A stretch of 64,000 nucleotides of DNA, from NCBI GenBank assembly GCA_001823925.1, contig MHWB01000013.1, positions 9,338-73,337 on the forward strand. Direction: 5' to 3'. The notes beneath the pieces were generated by a model. The model saw nothing but the letters and a program-made list of their open reading frames with translations, ran no database searches and was not told the origin of the DNA. Positions 46,150-55,150 of this stretch are shown here, in pieces. Source of the DNA: Candidatus Zambryskibacteria bacterium RIFCSPLOWO2_01_FULL_39_39. Its GTDB lineage: Bacteria; Patescibacteriota; Minisyncoccia; Phycocordibacterales; WO2-35-19. How positions within the stretch are numbered: position 1 is the stretch's first letter; each line of letters opens with the position of its first letter. Made by a program: the position numbers and the translations under genes.

Positions 46150-46215
46150 GCCTTGCTCTTTAACTATTTATTGTTATAAAATCATTATAATGGTTTATTA
46201 ACTAATTTAAATATT

Positions 46216-46467
46216 ATGGATTGGCAAAATTTTTATGCAGGTCCTGTCTCCTCTGGTTTTATGGGGGTAGCGGGGTTACTCCTAGTCTTGGTTGTCCTCT
46301 GGACACTTGTCTGGAAAGGGATGGCACTTTGGAAAGCAGCTAAAGAGGGGAGTAAGGGTTGGTTTGTTGTTTTGCTTTTAGTAAATACTCTTGGAATCTT
46401 GGAGATTTTGTATCTGTATGTCTTCAGCAAAAAATCTGGGCAATCAGTAGAAGCACCAAGGCTTTAA
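46216..46467 (+). CDS. Small two-TM membrane protein
   Basis: 83 aa, two hydrophobic helices. Confidence 0.35.
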   Translation: MDWQNFYAGPVSSGFMGVAGLLLVLVVLWTLVWKGMALWKAAKEGSKGWFVVLLLVNTLGILEILYLYVFSKKSGQSVEAPRL

Positions 46468-46516
46468 TAAGTGCAAATAATTTCACAATAAAAAGACCCA
46501 CTCTGTAGGTGGGTTC

Positions 46517-46792
46517 TCAGCGATGGGCCGATGCTTGTTGTTGCACTCGGTACACGGTTTTAACCAGCTTTGCTCCGCGATTGGGTGTCGGGTCGATAAG
46601 GATGACAATTCGTATCCCTTCCCGTTCTCGCCAGATGACATCTTGGCCGTCTGGGATGTCTGAGCCTGTCGGGCTGAGTAAAACCTTTTGAAACAATGAT
46701 TCAGAGATGTCTCCTTTTTGCATTTGCTCTTGAGCGTGGCGACTCACAGCCACATTGCCCAATCCCGGCACATCCCTATAAAAGTGCTCCAT
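46517..46792 (-). CDS. DUF4258-like small protein (toxin-like fold)
   Basis: 91 aa; VSRHAQEQMQKGDISE...IVILID....LVKTVYRV fits DUF4258 pattern (HA.EQM..R.I...IVTVY). Confidence 0.45.
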   Translation of the reverse strand: MEHFYRDVPGLGNVAVSRHAQEQMQKGDISESLFQKVLLSPTGSDIPDGQDVIWREREGIRIVILIDPTPNRGAKLVKTVYRVQQQASAHR

Positions 46793-46897
46793 ATCGATAT
46801 CGCCTCCATTTCTAATTTAATTAATGTCTATAATACAGAATACACTTAATGTCTCAATCTGTCAAATTTATATTAAATTTGACTTTGTACATAAGAC

Positions 46898-47191
46898 ATG
46901 ATAATATTCTTAGCAGAAGGAGTTTCAACAACAGTGTCTAAAAAAATTAGAATAAGTAAAACAAGGATTCAGTTAGAAGTCGGGCCAGAACGTATCAAAG
47001 AGCTCGAGACTCTCATGTCACAGACAGGTCTTCGAACGAAGGCTGATTTACTAGAGAGTGCTCTCGCATTATTTGAGTGGGCAATTCACGAGAGAAGTTC
47101 GGGTAATGTTATTGCCTCCTTGGATGAAGCATCACACGAATTTAAACAGGTTTGTGTACCCAGCATTGAGCGTGTCGCACCAAAGAAATGA
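46898..47191 (+). CDS. Ribbon-helix-helix (CopG/Arc-like) DNA-binding protein; start probably GTG ~46937 after AGGAG
   Basis: KTRIQLEVGPERIKELETLMSQTGLRTKADLLESALALF = beta-strand + two helices typical of RHH. Confidence 0.4.
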   Translation: MIIFLAEGVSTTVSKKIRISKTRIQLEVGPERIKELETLMSQTGLRTKADLLESALALFEWAIHERSSGNVIASLDEASHEFKQVCVPSIERVAPKK

Positions 47192-47383
47192 CAATGGGGA
47201 GTGCGCACTTATCTGGATCAACCTGCCGCCGTATCAACAGGGATTCCTGCTTGCTTCGGTTGGCGGGTTTTTAATTTTTATATAATTTCAATTCCATCTT
47301 ATGATACTAAATTACCAACAAATCATAAATCAGATTGTATTTTGGTGTGGTTATTGTAAGATGGTGGTGGAGAGGAGACTTTA

Positions 47384-47773
47384 ATGCACCAATCTTGGCA
47401 GACACCAAAAGAGTGGCAGGTAACGGTTGGGCGGTCATTGGGGAAAGTCTTGGAAAATGTTTTAGTCCATGCTGGTGTGTCTCAATACTTTGAACTTGTC
47501 TCTTTCCCCGATGAAGAGACATATCAGATCAAGATTTTCAGACTTGACCCAATGGGAATAAGTTTTTATGAGGGAACAAAAAGTAGAGGGTTTGAATTTT
47601 TGAGAGTTGGCATAAAACACCCAGATATTATCACCATCACTATTTTTGACCATTTGGGGGAAAGGAAAGCTGAATTAAGATTTTATAAGAGCCCCAAAAA
47701 ACTCACAAAAAAAGTAAAAAAAGTATTGGAAGAGAGTCTTTGTGTTTTTTGGATGGAACACATACGAAGCTGA
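47384..47773 (+). CDS. Hypothetical protein
   Basis: 129 aa ORF in higher-GC islet. Confidence 0.3.
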   Translation: MHQSWQTPKEWQVTVGRSLGKVLENVLVHAGVSQYFELVSFPDEETYQIKIFRLDPMGISFYEGTKSRGFEFLRVGIKHPDIITITIFDHLGERKAELRFYKSPKKLTKKVKKVLEESLCVFWMEHIRS

Positions 47774-47807
47774 AAGTGACCTTTCGGCTTTTTATTTTAA
47801 AATTTAC

Positions 47808-48608
47808 TTACCAACTAATCTTTTTAAAAAGACCACTTAAAGGTCCGTGATCATTTTGAGAAGAATCACTTGTTTTTACCTTTTCTAAATTTTCATCATA
47901 TTTAAGACCCATGCGTATCGGCGCTCGTTTTATGATTTCCAAAATTTCGTCTTCATTGTCGGTTATGGTGTATAAAGAAAGATCATTTTCTTCAATTGAC
48001 ATATTTTGTAGAAGCACTTCTCTAAAAAAAAGTTCTAAATGATTCCAAAAAGAGGTACCAATTAAAATAATTGGAGCTTTAGGAATTTTATTAGTTTGAA
48101 CTAGGGTCAAGATTTCCAAAAATTCATCTAAGGTGCCAAAACCGCCTGGGAAGAAAATATAAGCTTCGGCACTAAACGCCAGACAGACCTTCCGGCTAAA
48201 AAAATAATGAAAGTCTTCTTTATCGGTTAAGTATTGGTTGGTAAGTTGTTCGTGGGGCAAGTCAATCGTCAGTCCTAAGGAATTGCCACCAGCTTCAAAA
48301 GCACCACGGTTGGCGGCCTCCATTATGCCCGGTCCGCCACCGGTGGTAACAGAATAATGAAGCTCTTTTACAATTCTGCTCGCAAGTCCTTCAGCTTTTT
48401 TGTAATACAGGTCGTCTTCTTTAATTCTGGCTGAACCAAAAAAAGTGACAGAGCGAGGATAATTTTTTATAAACTCAAAACCATTTTCAAATTCTTTGGA
48501 TATAAAAGTAACTCGCCTCCTAGCGGCCTCGCTTATTTCAAGTAGAGTTAAGGGTTTAATATTGTTGTCCATATATCTACATTTTAATGGTTTTAAATAA
48601 TAAGGCAA
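47808..48608 (-). CDS. LOG-family (TIGR00730) cytokinin riboside 5'-monophosphate phosphoribohydrolase-like protein
   Basis: 266 aa; GGGPGIMEA and PGGFGTLDE motifs. Confidence 0.85.
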   Translation of the reverse strand: MPYYLKPLKCRYMDNNIKPLTLLEISEAARRRVTFISKEFENGFEFIKNYPRSVTFFGSARIKEDDLYYKKAEGLASRIVKELHYSVTTGGGPGIMEAANRGAFEAGGNSLGLTIDLPHEQLTNQYLTDKEDFHYFFSRKVCLAFSAEAYIFFPGGFGTLDEFLEILTLVQTNKIPKAPIILIGTSFWNHLELFFREVLLQNMSIEENDLSLYTITDNEDEILEIIKRAPIRMGLKYDENLEKVKTSDSSQNDHGPLSGLFKKISW

Positions 48609-48609
48609 T

Positions 48610-49149
48610 ATGCTATATTGTGAGGGTTATAAACTAAGAGTAAATCAGATGAAAAATTTATCTAAAAAAGAATGGGTTGCAGTAAGTGTTGGAGTCATTT
48701 TTGTTGGTTATACTTTGTTTGGCGCTGATATTATGAGTTTATTTCAAAAAAATACAATGAGTGACGATTCTTTGGCGGCGACCGTAGCTTCTAATTTTTC
48801 TAATAACGGGGTGATTATAAATGATATCGTGGTTGGGCAAGGCGCTTTGGTTAGACAAGGACAACTTATTTCGGTCCATTATATACTTTCTCTTTCTGAC
48901 GGTACGGTTATTCAAAATTCAAAAGATTTCGGTGTTCCTTTTCAATTTACTTTGGGGGCTGGTGAGGTTATTCCCGGCTGGGAACAGGGCTTTACTAGTA
49001 TGAAAGTTGGTGGGGTGCGCACTATTGTAATACCCCCAGAACTTGCTTATGGGTCACAACAAGCGGGACCAATACCCCCAAATTCTACTTTGGTATTTAC
49101 CATTGAGCTTTTGGATGCGACTGATGTGACTCCTCAGTTGATCCAGTAA
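48610..49149 (+). CDS. FKBP-type peptidyl-prolyl cis-trans isomerase with signal/TM anchor (start likely MKNLSKKEW)
   Basis: VHYILSLSDGTVIQNS...FQFTLGAGEVIPGWEQG...GGVRTIVIPPELAYG. Confidence 0.85.
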   Translation: MLYCEGYKLRVNQMKNLSKKEWVAVSVGVIFVGYTLFGADIMSLFQKNTMSDDSLAATVASNFSNNGVIINDIVVGQGALVRQGQLISVHYILSLSDGTVIQNSKDFGVPFQFTLGAGEVIPGWEQGFTSMKVGGVRTIVIPPELAYGSQQAGPIPPNSTLVFTIELLDATDVTPQLIQ

Positions 49150-49155
49150 TTTATA

Positions 49156-50778
49156 ATGTTTAAAATAGAGCAAAAAATCTCGAAGTCACTGGGTCGAGCT
49201 GGTGTTTTAATTACTCCACATGGGGAGGTACAAACACCTAGCTTTGTAGCTGTCGGTACTAAAGCAACGGTCAAATCTCTCTCACCCGAACAGGTCAAAG
49301 AGGCTGGGTCGCAAATAGTTTTGGCCAATACCTATCATCTTTATTTAGAACCCGGAGAAAAAATTGTGAAAGAAGCGGGGGGCTTGGGTAAGTTTATGAA
49401 TTGGCAAGGTCCAACTATGACAGACTCGGGCGGTTTTCAAGCTTTTTCTTTGGGGGTGGCTTATGGAAGTAAGCTTAGTAAATTTATTGGCAATGAGTCT
49501 CCAAAACAAGAAGAGATAGACGAAGCTTATAGAGAAGAGCGAGATAAGAAAGCAAAGATTACCGAAGATGGGGTGGAATTTAAATCTATTATAGATGGTA
49601 GCAAACATTTTTTTACTCCAGAAAAATCAATGCAAATTCAAAGTGACCTAGGAGCTGATATTATTTTTGCTTTTGATGAGTGTACTTCACCACATGCACC
49701 CAAGGAGTATTTGAAGGAAGCTTTGGCGCGGACTCATCGTTGGGCAGAAAGGTGTTTGATTGAATACAGAAAAAATCACCCCACCCCGACCCTCCCCGAA
49801 GGGGAGGGTGCCCAAAGGGGAACTTTCGGTTATCACACAACAGATTCGGTTACTTGGAAAAATCTTCAACAAAGAGTTTTAGAAATGAGAGAAAAACCTA
49901 CTCCCGCTGAAAATATGCTATGGCAACATTTAAGAAAAAATTCAACAAAATATCATTTTAGAAGACAACATATAGTGGGAAATTTTATTGTTGATTTTGT
50001 TTGCCTAGAAAAATCATTAGTAATTGAAGTTGATGGAGATATCCATGATTACCAAAAGGAAGAAGATAAATCCAGAACAGAGTTTTTAAATAAATTAGGT
50101 TTTTATATTTTAAGATTTAAGAACGAAGAGGTAGTAGAGAATATTTTAAAAGTATTAGAGGGTATAAAGGTTGGTCTTAAAGCCCTCCCCTTTGGGGAGG
50201 GTTTGGGTGGGGTTTCTTCCCAAGCTCTCTTTGGCATAGTCCAAGGTGGCAGGTATGAAGATTTGAGGAAAGAAAGCGCTAAGGTGATAGGAGAGATGGA
50301 TTTTGATGGTTTTGGCATTGGAGGCTCCTTTGTTAAAGAAGATATGGCGACAGCGGTCAAATGGGTGAGTGGAATTTTGCCAACTGATAAACCTAGGCAT
50401 CTTTTGGGGGTGGGAGAGCCTGTTGACATTATTTTTGGTGTTGAAAACGGATGCGACACATTTGACTGTGTCGCCGCGACACGTATGGCGCGCAATGGCA
50501 CACTCTATACCAAACGAGGTAAAATAAATATCAACAACGCCAAGTATAAAAATATTTTTGAGCCGATTGAAGAGGGGTGCAAGTGTTATACTTGTAAAAA
50601 TTATACCTGTTGCTACCTTTCCCACCTTTTTCGCTCCAAAGAAATGTTGGCCGCTACTTTAGCATCTATTCATAATCTTTATTTTATAAATTCTCTGGTT
50701 GCAGAGATGAGAGAATCAATTTTAAACGAAAATTTTTTTGATTTTAAAGAAAATTTTTTAAGAGATTATAAAGTTTAG
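49156..50778 (+). CDS. tgt: Queuine tRNA-ribosyltransferase carrying an in-frame ~145-aa insertion that contains a DUF559 endonuclease domain
   Basis: 540 aa; TGT N-terminal (LITPHGEVQTPSFVAVGT, LANTYHL, TDSGGFQ), then insertion between ERCLIEYRKN and QALFGIVQGG, then zinc site CKCYTCKNYTCCYLSH. Confidence 0.8.
   Translation: MFKIEQKISKSLGRAGVLITPHGEVQTPSFVAVGTKATVKSLSPEQVKEAGSQIVLANTYHLYLEPGEKIVKEAGGLGKFMNWQGPTMTDSGGFQAFSLGVAYGSKLSKFIGNESPKQEEIDEAYREERDKKAKITEDGVEFKSIIDGSKHFFTPEKSMQIQSDLGADIIFAFDECTSPHAPKEYLKEALARTHRWAERCLIEYRKNHPTPTLPEGEGAQRGTFGYHTTDSVTWKNLQQRVLEMREKPTPAENMLWQHLRKNSTKYHFRRQHIVGNFIVDFVCLEKSLVIEVDGDIHDYQKEEDKSRTEFLNKLGFYILRFKNEEVVENILKVLEGIKVGLKALPFGEGLGGVSSQALFGIVQGGRYEDLRKESAKVIGEMDFDGFGIGGSFVKEDMATAVKWVSGILPTDKPRHLLGVGEPVDIIFGVENGCDTFDCVAATRMARNGTLYTKRGKININNAKYKNIFEPIEEGCKCYTCKNYTCCYLSHLFRSKEMLAATLASIHNLYFINSLVAEMRESILNENFFDFKENFLRDYKV
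49777..50212 (+). mobile_element. DUF559-encoding insertion element with ~35-bp GC-rich hairpin terminal inverted repeats, integrated in frame within tgt
   Basis: left end accccaccccgaccctccccgaaggggaggg is approx reverse complement of right end ccctcccctttggggagggtttgggtggggt; internal 49915-50160 encodes MLWQHLRKNSTKYHFRRQHIVGNFIVDFVCLEKSLVIEVDGDIH...LRFKNEEV (DUF559). Confidence 0.55.
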
Positions 50779-50783
50779 ATAAT

Positions 50784-51635
50784 ATGATTTACAATCTTTA
50801 TAAACAGCGGGGGGAGACACCACTAGAATGTATCCAAAGATTTGCCAGAAAAACTCCAGAATTAAAGGGAGAGAAGATGACCTATTTGGGGAGGTTGGAC
50901 CCTTTGGCCGAAGGGGTTTTGCTTATGGCTAGTGGCATTGACGTAAAGAGGAAAGAGGAGTTTTTGGGGTTGGATAAGGAATATGATTTTATTTCTATTT
51001 TTGGCTTTGCTACCGACACCTATGATGTGCTTGGTAAAATTGTAAGAGTAGAAAAAGTGCCCATTCGACAAGCTCAGGGTGAAAATGCTAATACCATTTT
51101 CGAAAATGAAATTAGGAAAGTGGCGTTAATTTATGAAGGAGAAAGAGAACAGAAATACCCAACGTATTCTTCTAAAATTATAGCCAATAAAAAAACCTCA
51201 CCCCTCGCTTCGCGTAGCCCTCTCCTTGTTCAGGAGAGGGAAGGCGTGGAGTCAGGGTCTTTGGGTTTTCCCTCCCCTGAGCAAGGGGAGGGTGGGGTGG
51301 GGTTTTCTAAAAAAATTACTATACATAAAATTCAATTTCATAAATTAGAAACTCTAAACAATAAAGAACTTTTTGGTAGGCTTCTTTCAGATATTTCAAA
51401 AGTAAATGGTGATTTCAGACAGCATGAAATTTTGATTTTATGGAAAGAAATTTTACTTAATTCGGGTGCGCCCCGGAGTTATTTTTTGGGTAGGTTTAGC
51501 GCTCATGTCTCAAGTGGCACTTATATCCGCGGTTTGGTAAACGATATAGGCAATACTTTGGGTTGTGGGGCCACCACTCTTTCTATCAAAAGGACAAGGG
51601 TTGGGGATTACAAAATTGAAGACAGTATAAAATAA
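50784..51635 (+). CDS. truB: tRNA pseudouridine(55) synthase TruB-like with Pro/Gly-rich hairpin-encoded insertion
   Basis: 283 aa; LGRLDPLAEGVLLMA catalytic Asp motif, C-terminal SSGTYIRGLVNDIGNTLGCGATTLSIKRTRVG. Confidence 0.7.
   Translation: MIYNLYKQRGETPLECIQRFARKTPELKGEKMTYLGRLDPLAEGVLLMASGIDVKRKEEFLGLDKEYDFISIFGFATDTYDVLGKIVRVEKVPIRQAQGENANTIFENEIRKVALIYEGEREQKYPTYSSKIIANKKTSPLASRSPLLVQEREGVESGSLGFPSPEQGEGGVGFSKKITIHKIQFHKLETLNNKELFGRLLSDISKVNGDFRQHEILILWKEILLNSGAPRSYFLGRFSAHVSSGTYIRGLVNDIGNTLGCGATTLSIKRTRVGDYKIEDSIK
51199..51306. repeat. Tandem GC hairpins (ccctctcc-ttgttca-ggagaggg and ccctcccc-tgagcaa-ggggaggg) + ggtggggtggggtttt inside truB
   Basis: encodes SPLASRSPLLVQEREGVESGSLGFPSPEQGEGGVGF; same family as tgt TIRs. 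Confidence 0.6.
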
Positions 51636-52085
51636 TTAATTTAAAACTTCTTCAACTATCTTTTTGACCAAAGTGCCATCAGCTTCTCCCTTACATTCTT
51701 TCATAACAGCACCCATAAATTGGCCCATTTTACTTTTGTCTACCTCTCCCATTTCTGATTTTTTCTTAATTACAATTTCTCTTATTTTGTCTTCTGACAT
51801 TTGAGCTGGCAAAAATTCTTCTAGTATTTTGAGTTCGGATTTTTCGTTATCTGCTAGATCTTTACGGTCGCCTTTCAAAAATTGCTCAATGGAATCTTTC
51901 CTTTGTTTAACTAATCTGCGGATTACTACAGTAGCCTCTTCGTCTGAGAGTCTGTCTTGAGGTTTTCGTTTTAGAGCCACTGCTTCATTTGTAAAAGAAG
52001 CCAAAACACCACGCAAGGTAGTAAGTTTTACCTCGTCCTTAGCCCGCATCGCGTCTTTAATTTGATCTTGAATTTGATTGTGCAT
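51636..52085 (-). CDS. yqeY: GatB/YqeY domain protein
   Basis: 149 aa; characteristic YqeY sequence MKAKDEVKLTTLRGVLASF... Confidence 0.85.
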   Translation of the reverse strand: MHNQIQDQIKDAMRAKDEVKLTTLRGVLASFTNEAVALKRKPQDRLSDEEATVVIRRLVKQRKDSIEQFLKGDRKDLADNEKSELKILEEFLPAQMSEDKIREIVIKKKSEMGEVDKSKMGQFMGAVMKECKGEADGTLVKKIVEEVLN

Positions 52086-52121
52086 AAAGAAAGTCTACCA
52101 AATTTCTGATATAATTTCCAT

Positions 52122-53168
52122 ATGCAAAATGTAGCCTTAATAATATTAGCGGTTGGGCTTTTGGTGGCCGTTTTTGCTTTGCTTAAGAGAAAAACAGAGT
52201 CAAAAACAGACGATGGTGCTATGAAGCTTCTTTTGGAGCAGATGAACGAACTCTCTCGAGTCGTGGATAGAAAAATAGGAGAAACAACCAAACAAGTAAA
52301 TGAATCAATGAAAGATCAATTCAGAGAATCAAGCAAGCTTATTCGTGATGTGACTCAAGGCTTGACCAAGCTTGATGAGACCAATAAACAAGTGATCTCT
52401 TTTGCTGATCAGCTTCAAAATTTGCAAGATATTTTAAAAAATCCAAAACAGCGAGGGATTTTGGGTGAATATTATTTGGAAACACTTTTAAAAAATGTTT
52501 TGGCGCCGGCTCAATATCAAATGCAGTATGTATTTGGAAATGGCGAAATCGTAGATGCGGTAGTATTTGTCAAAGACAAAATAATTCCGATCGATTCCAA
52601 ATTTTCTCTTGAAAATTATAATCGTCTGATAGAAGCCAAAGACCCGATAGAAAAAGAGAGACTGGAGAAGATCTTTATAAATGATCTTAAACTACGCATT
52701 ACCGAAACATCAAAATATATCAAACCCTCAGAAGGCACTATGGATTTTGCCTTTATGTTTATCCCGCACGAGGCTATTTATTATGATTTGCTTATAAACA
52801 AAATAGGAGCAGTGGTTGAAGATACCGAAAATCTGATCCAAAGAGCGGCTGGCAAATATAAAGTGATTATTGTCTCGCCCACCTCTTTCTTGGCCTATCT
52901 TCAGACTGTCTTACAGGGTCTCAAAGCTATGCAAATAGAAGAAACGGCCAAAGATATTGTGAAGCGTGTCGGTGAGCTGTCCGAACACCTCAAAAAATAC
53001 GAAACATATCATAATAAACTCGGAAATTCACTAGAGACGGTGGTCAACCATTTCAATGCTTCCAGTAAAGAATTTAAAAAAGTAGACAAAGATGTGGTGC
53101 GCATCACTGGCGTCTCTCAGTCCTTTGATGTGCCTGTTTTGGATAAACCTGACAACGATTCTATATAG
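52122..53168 (+). CDS. rmuC: DNA recombination protein RmuC
   Basis: 348 aa; N-terminal TM, coiled coil, RmuC nuclease-like C-terminal (RGILGEYYLE, VDAVVF, IDSKF, FMFIPHEA). Confidence 0.75.
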   Translation: MQNVALIILAVGLLVAVFALLKRKTESKTDDGAMKLLLEQMNELSRVVDRKIGETTKQVNESMKDQFRESSKLIRDVTQGLTKLDETNKQVISFADQLQNLQDILKNPKQRGILGEYYLETLLKNVLAPAQYQMQYVFGNGEIVDAVVFVKDKIIPIDSKFSLENYNRLIEAKDPIEKERLEKIFINDLKLRITETSKYIKPSEGTMDFAFMFIPHEAIYYDLLINKIGAVVEDTENLIQRAAGKYKVIIVSPTSFLAYLQTVLQGLKAMQIEETAKDIVKRVGELSEHLKKYETYHNKLGNSLETVVNHFNASSKEFKKVDKDVVRITGVSQSFDVPVLDKPDNDSI

Positions 53169-53189
53169 AAAAATGATAGAAAAACTTTC

Positions 53190-53690
53190 TTGATGTTTTT
53201 CTTGCAATATTTTGATAAATCCTGTAGAGTAGTCTCTGTTATGCCAGAAACAAAAGAGACCAAAAAAGAATCAAAAAAGAGCCTCCCAAAGGCCAAGAGT
53301 ATCCCAAGTAAAGTCCCGACGCCCAAGGTCGGAGCGAAACCTAGCGATGGATCTTTCGCTATTATTGAGACAGGGGGCAAGCAATACAGGGTGGCCATAG
53401 GAGATACTATAAAAATAGAAAAGTTAAAAGCCGACTCCGCCAAAGGCTCCGCCCTGCCAAAGGAAGGGGATGTAATAGTTTTTGATAAGGTCCTTTTGAT
53501 TGATAATGGTACCGACTCTACTGATATTGGTACCCCGTATATTGAGGGAGCCAAAGTTTCTGCTACTCTAGTTGAGATTGCTCGCAATGCTAAAATTATT
53601 GTTATCAAATACAAACAAAAAAGCCGTTACTTCAAAAAAAATGGCCACCGTCAGCCATACTTCAAAGTTCAAATAAACAAAATTTCATAA
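53190..53690 (+). CDS. rplU: 50S ribosomal protein L21 with Lys-rich N-terminal extension
   Basis: FAIIETGGKQYRVAIGDTIKIEKL ... NGHRQPYFKVQINKI. Confidence 0.85.
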   Translation: MMFFLQYFDKSCRVVSVMPETKETKKESKKSLPKAKSIPSKVPTPKVGAKPSDGSFAIIETGGKQYRVAIGDTIKIEKLKADSAKGSALPKEGDVIVFDKVLLIDNGTDSTDIGTPYIEGAKVSATLVEIARNAKIIVIKYKQKSRYFKKNGHRQPYFKVQINKIS

Positions 53691-53724
53691 TAAAAAATAA
53701 AACCGGATCATTTCCGATTTTATT

Positions 53725-54318
53725 TTAACTAAAGAAGAAATCGCGGAATTGGAAGAGGATGAGGAAGATTATTATGAGATACCAAGTGGAGAGGATTTGA
53801 AAATGATTTTTCGATATAAAATGACCTAAAGTGTCAATTATTTTTTGTTGTTTTACTTTTAAAGATTGTAGGACAAAATGGTTTTCTCTAAAATTCCAAA
53901 TGGTGGTGTAGAGGAAGAGTGGCCAAGTGACTGTCCAGACGATCATACAATAAATACAGAGTGAACCAATATTGTAAACGCTTTGATAGAAAAACCACAT
54001 TATAAAAATCATAGAAGCCAAAGTGCCCAAATTAACCAATAGCCAAAGAGGTTTGCGAGAGCGACCACCAGAATAAAGCATTATACCGATAGAGAGGAGC
54101 ATACTGAAAGCAACAATCCCTAAAAGAGAATTGGGAAATCCAAACACTTCTCCCTGCCAAGCTGTTGCGACACTTGTACAACTTACGAATGGGTTTATGT
54201 TGCAGGGTAGACTTACATTAGGATTTTTTATAAGTTTTATAGTGTCTAGTGTGAGTAAAAAGGAAGCCAAAAGACCGATAATACTACCGACTATTAAAAT
54301 GTATGGATAAGATTTCAT
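53725..54318 (-). CDS. Vitamin K epoxide reductase (VKOR)-like membrane oxidoreductase
   Basis: 197 aa; loop cysteines LPCNINPFVSCTSV, TM CxxC (CIYC). Confidence 0.6.
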   Translation of the reverse strand: MKSYPYILIVGSIIGLLASFLLTLDTIKLIKNPNVSLPCNINPFVSCTSVATAWQGEVFGFPNSLLGIVAFSMLLSIGIMLYSGGRSRKPLWLLVNLGTLASMIFIMWFFYQSVYNIGSLCIYCMIVWTVTWPLFLYTTIWNFRENHFVLQSLKVKQQKIIDTLGHFISKNHFQILSTWYLIIIFLILFQFRDFFFS

Positions 54319-54442
54319 AATTTCTAATTGTTCTAATTATACTAATTATTCTAAATAAGTACCAATCTACAATTCCTAAATTTTAAAATTGGGATTTGTT
54401 TAGGTTAATTAGAGTAATTAGGAATTAGGTTAATTCAAGCTT

Positions 54443-55081
54443 TTAGCTTCTATTTTGCAGGGCGTTCCTCAATGTATCCTGATCTGCGTATTCAAGCTCT
54501 GTACCCATGGAAAGTCCCTTACCTAAATGAGTTATTTTTGTCTTATTTTTTTCTACTAGTGGTATCAAAAGTTTTTCTACATAATCTGCCGTATTTTCCC
54601 CATCTGGATTCCAGTTAACGCCCAAAATTATTTCTCTTAGTCGTGCCGAAGCATTCTGCGAAGGCGGGTTTATCCTCCTCTCAATAAAAATTTTAAGTTC
54701 TTTTACTCTTATCCTTTTTTCTGGTTCTTTTTCTAAGATGGGGACTGAGCCTCCAAGCACAAAATAGATGCCTCTGTAGCCTCCATTTTTCTCTACCGAT
54801 TCCAAATCCACATCTCTTTGTACCAACATAAGCACGGAGCTATCCCTAGTCTGGTCGGAACAAATTTTACATAAACTTGTTTTATTATTATTTTTTTGAA
54901 AAAATCTCCTGCAATCGGCACACATCACTACATCGTTTTTTAATTCCAAAATATTTTGAGAGAGATCTTCTAAGGTGCCATTGGCGCGAGTAAGTAGATA
55001 GTAGACAAAGCGTCTAGCCTGCCGAGGCCCTATCCCCGGAAACTCTGAAAATATTTTTATTAATTTTTCTATAGAATTCAT
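54443..55081 (-). CDS. recR: Recombination protein RecR
   Basis: 212 aa; HhH FPGIGPRQARR, C4 zinc finger, Toprim. Confidence 0.9.
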   Translation of the reverse strand: MNSIEKLIKIFSEFPGIGPRQARRFVYYLLTRANGTLEDLSQNILELKNDVVMCADCRRFFQKNNNKTSLCKICSDQTRDSSVLMLVQRDVDLESVEKNGGYRGIYFVLGGSVPILEKEPEKRIRVKELKIFIERRINPPSQNASARLREIILGVNWNPDGENTADYVEKLLIPLVEKNKTKITHLGKGLSMGTELEYADQDTLRNALQNRS

Positions 55082-55088
55082 TTTTTTC

Positions 55089-55140
55089 TTTTTCCCTTCA
55101 CCTTCGCAAGGTGAGGGGCAGTTTTCCGTAAGGAAAACGA
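55089..55140. repeat. Second copy of structured GC-rich element: cccttcacctt-cgc-aaggtgagggg + cag + ttttccg-taa-ggaaaac + gaggtggggtc
   Basis: architecture and single-stranded tracts identical to 42832 element; second stem differs by compensatory substitutions. Confidence 0.5.
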
Positions 55141-55150
55141 GGTGGGGTCG

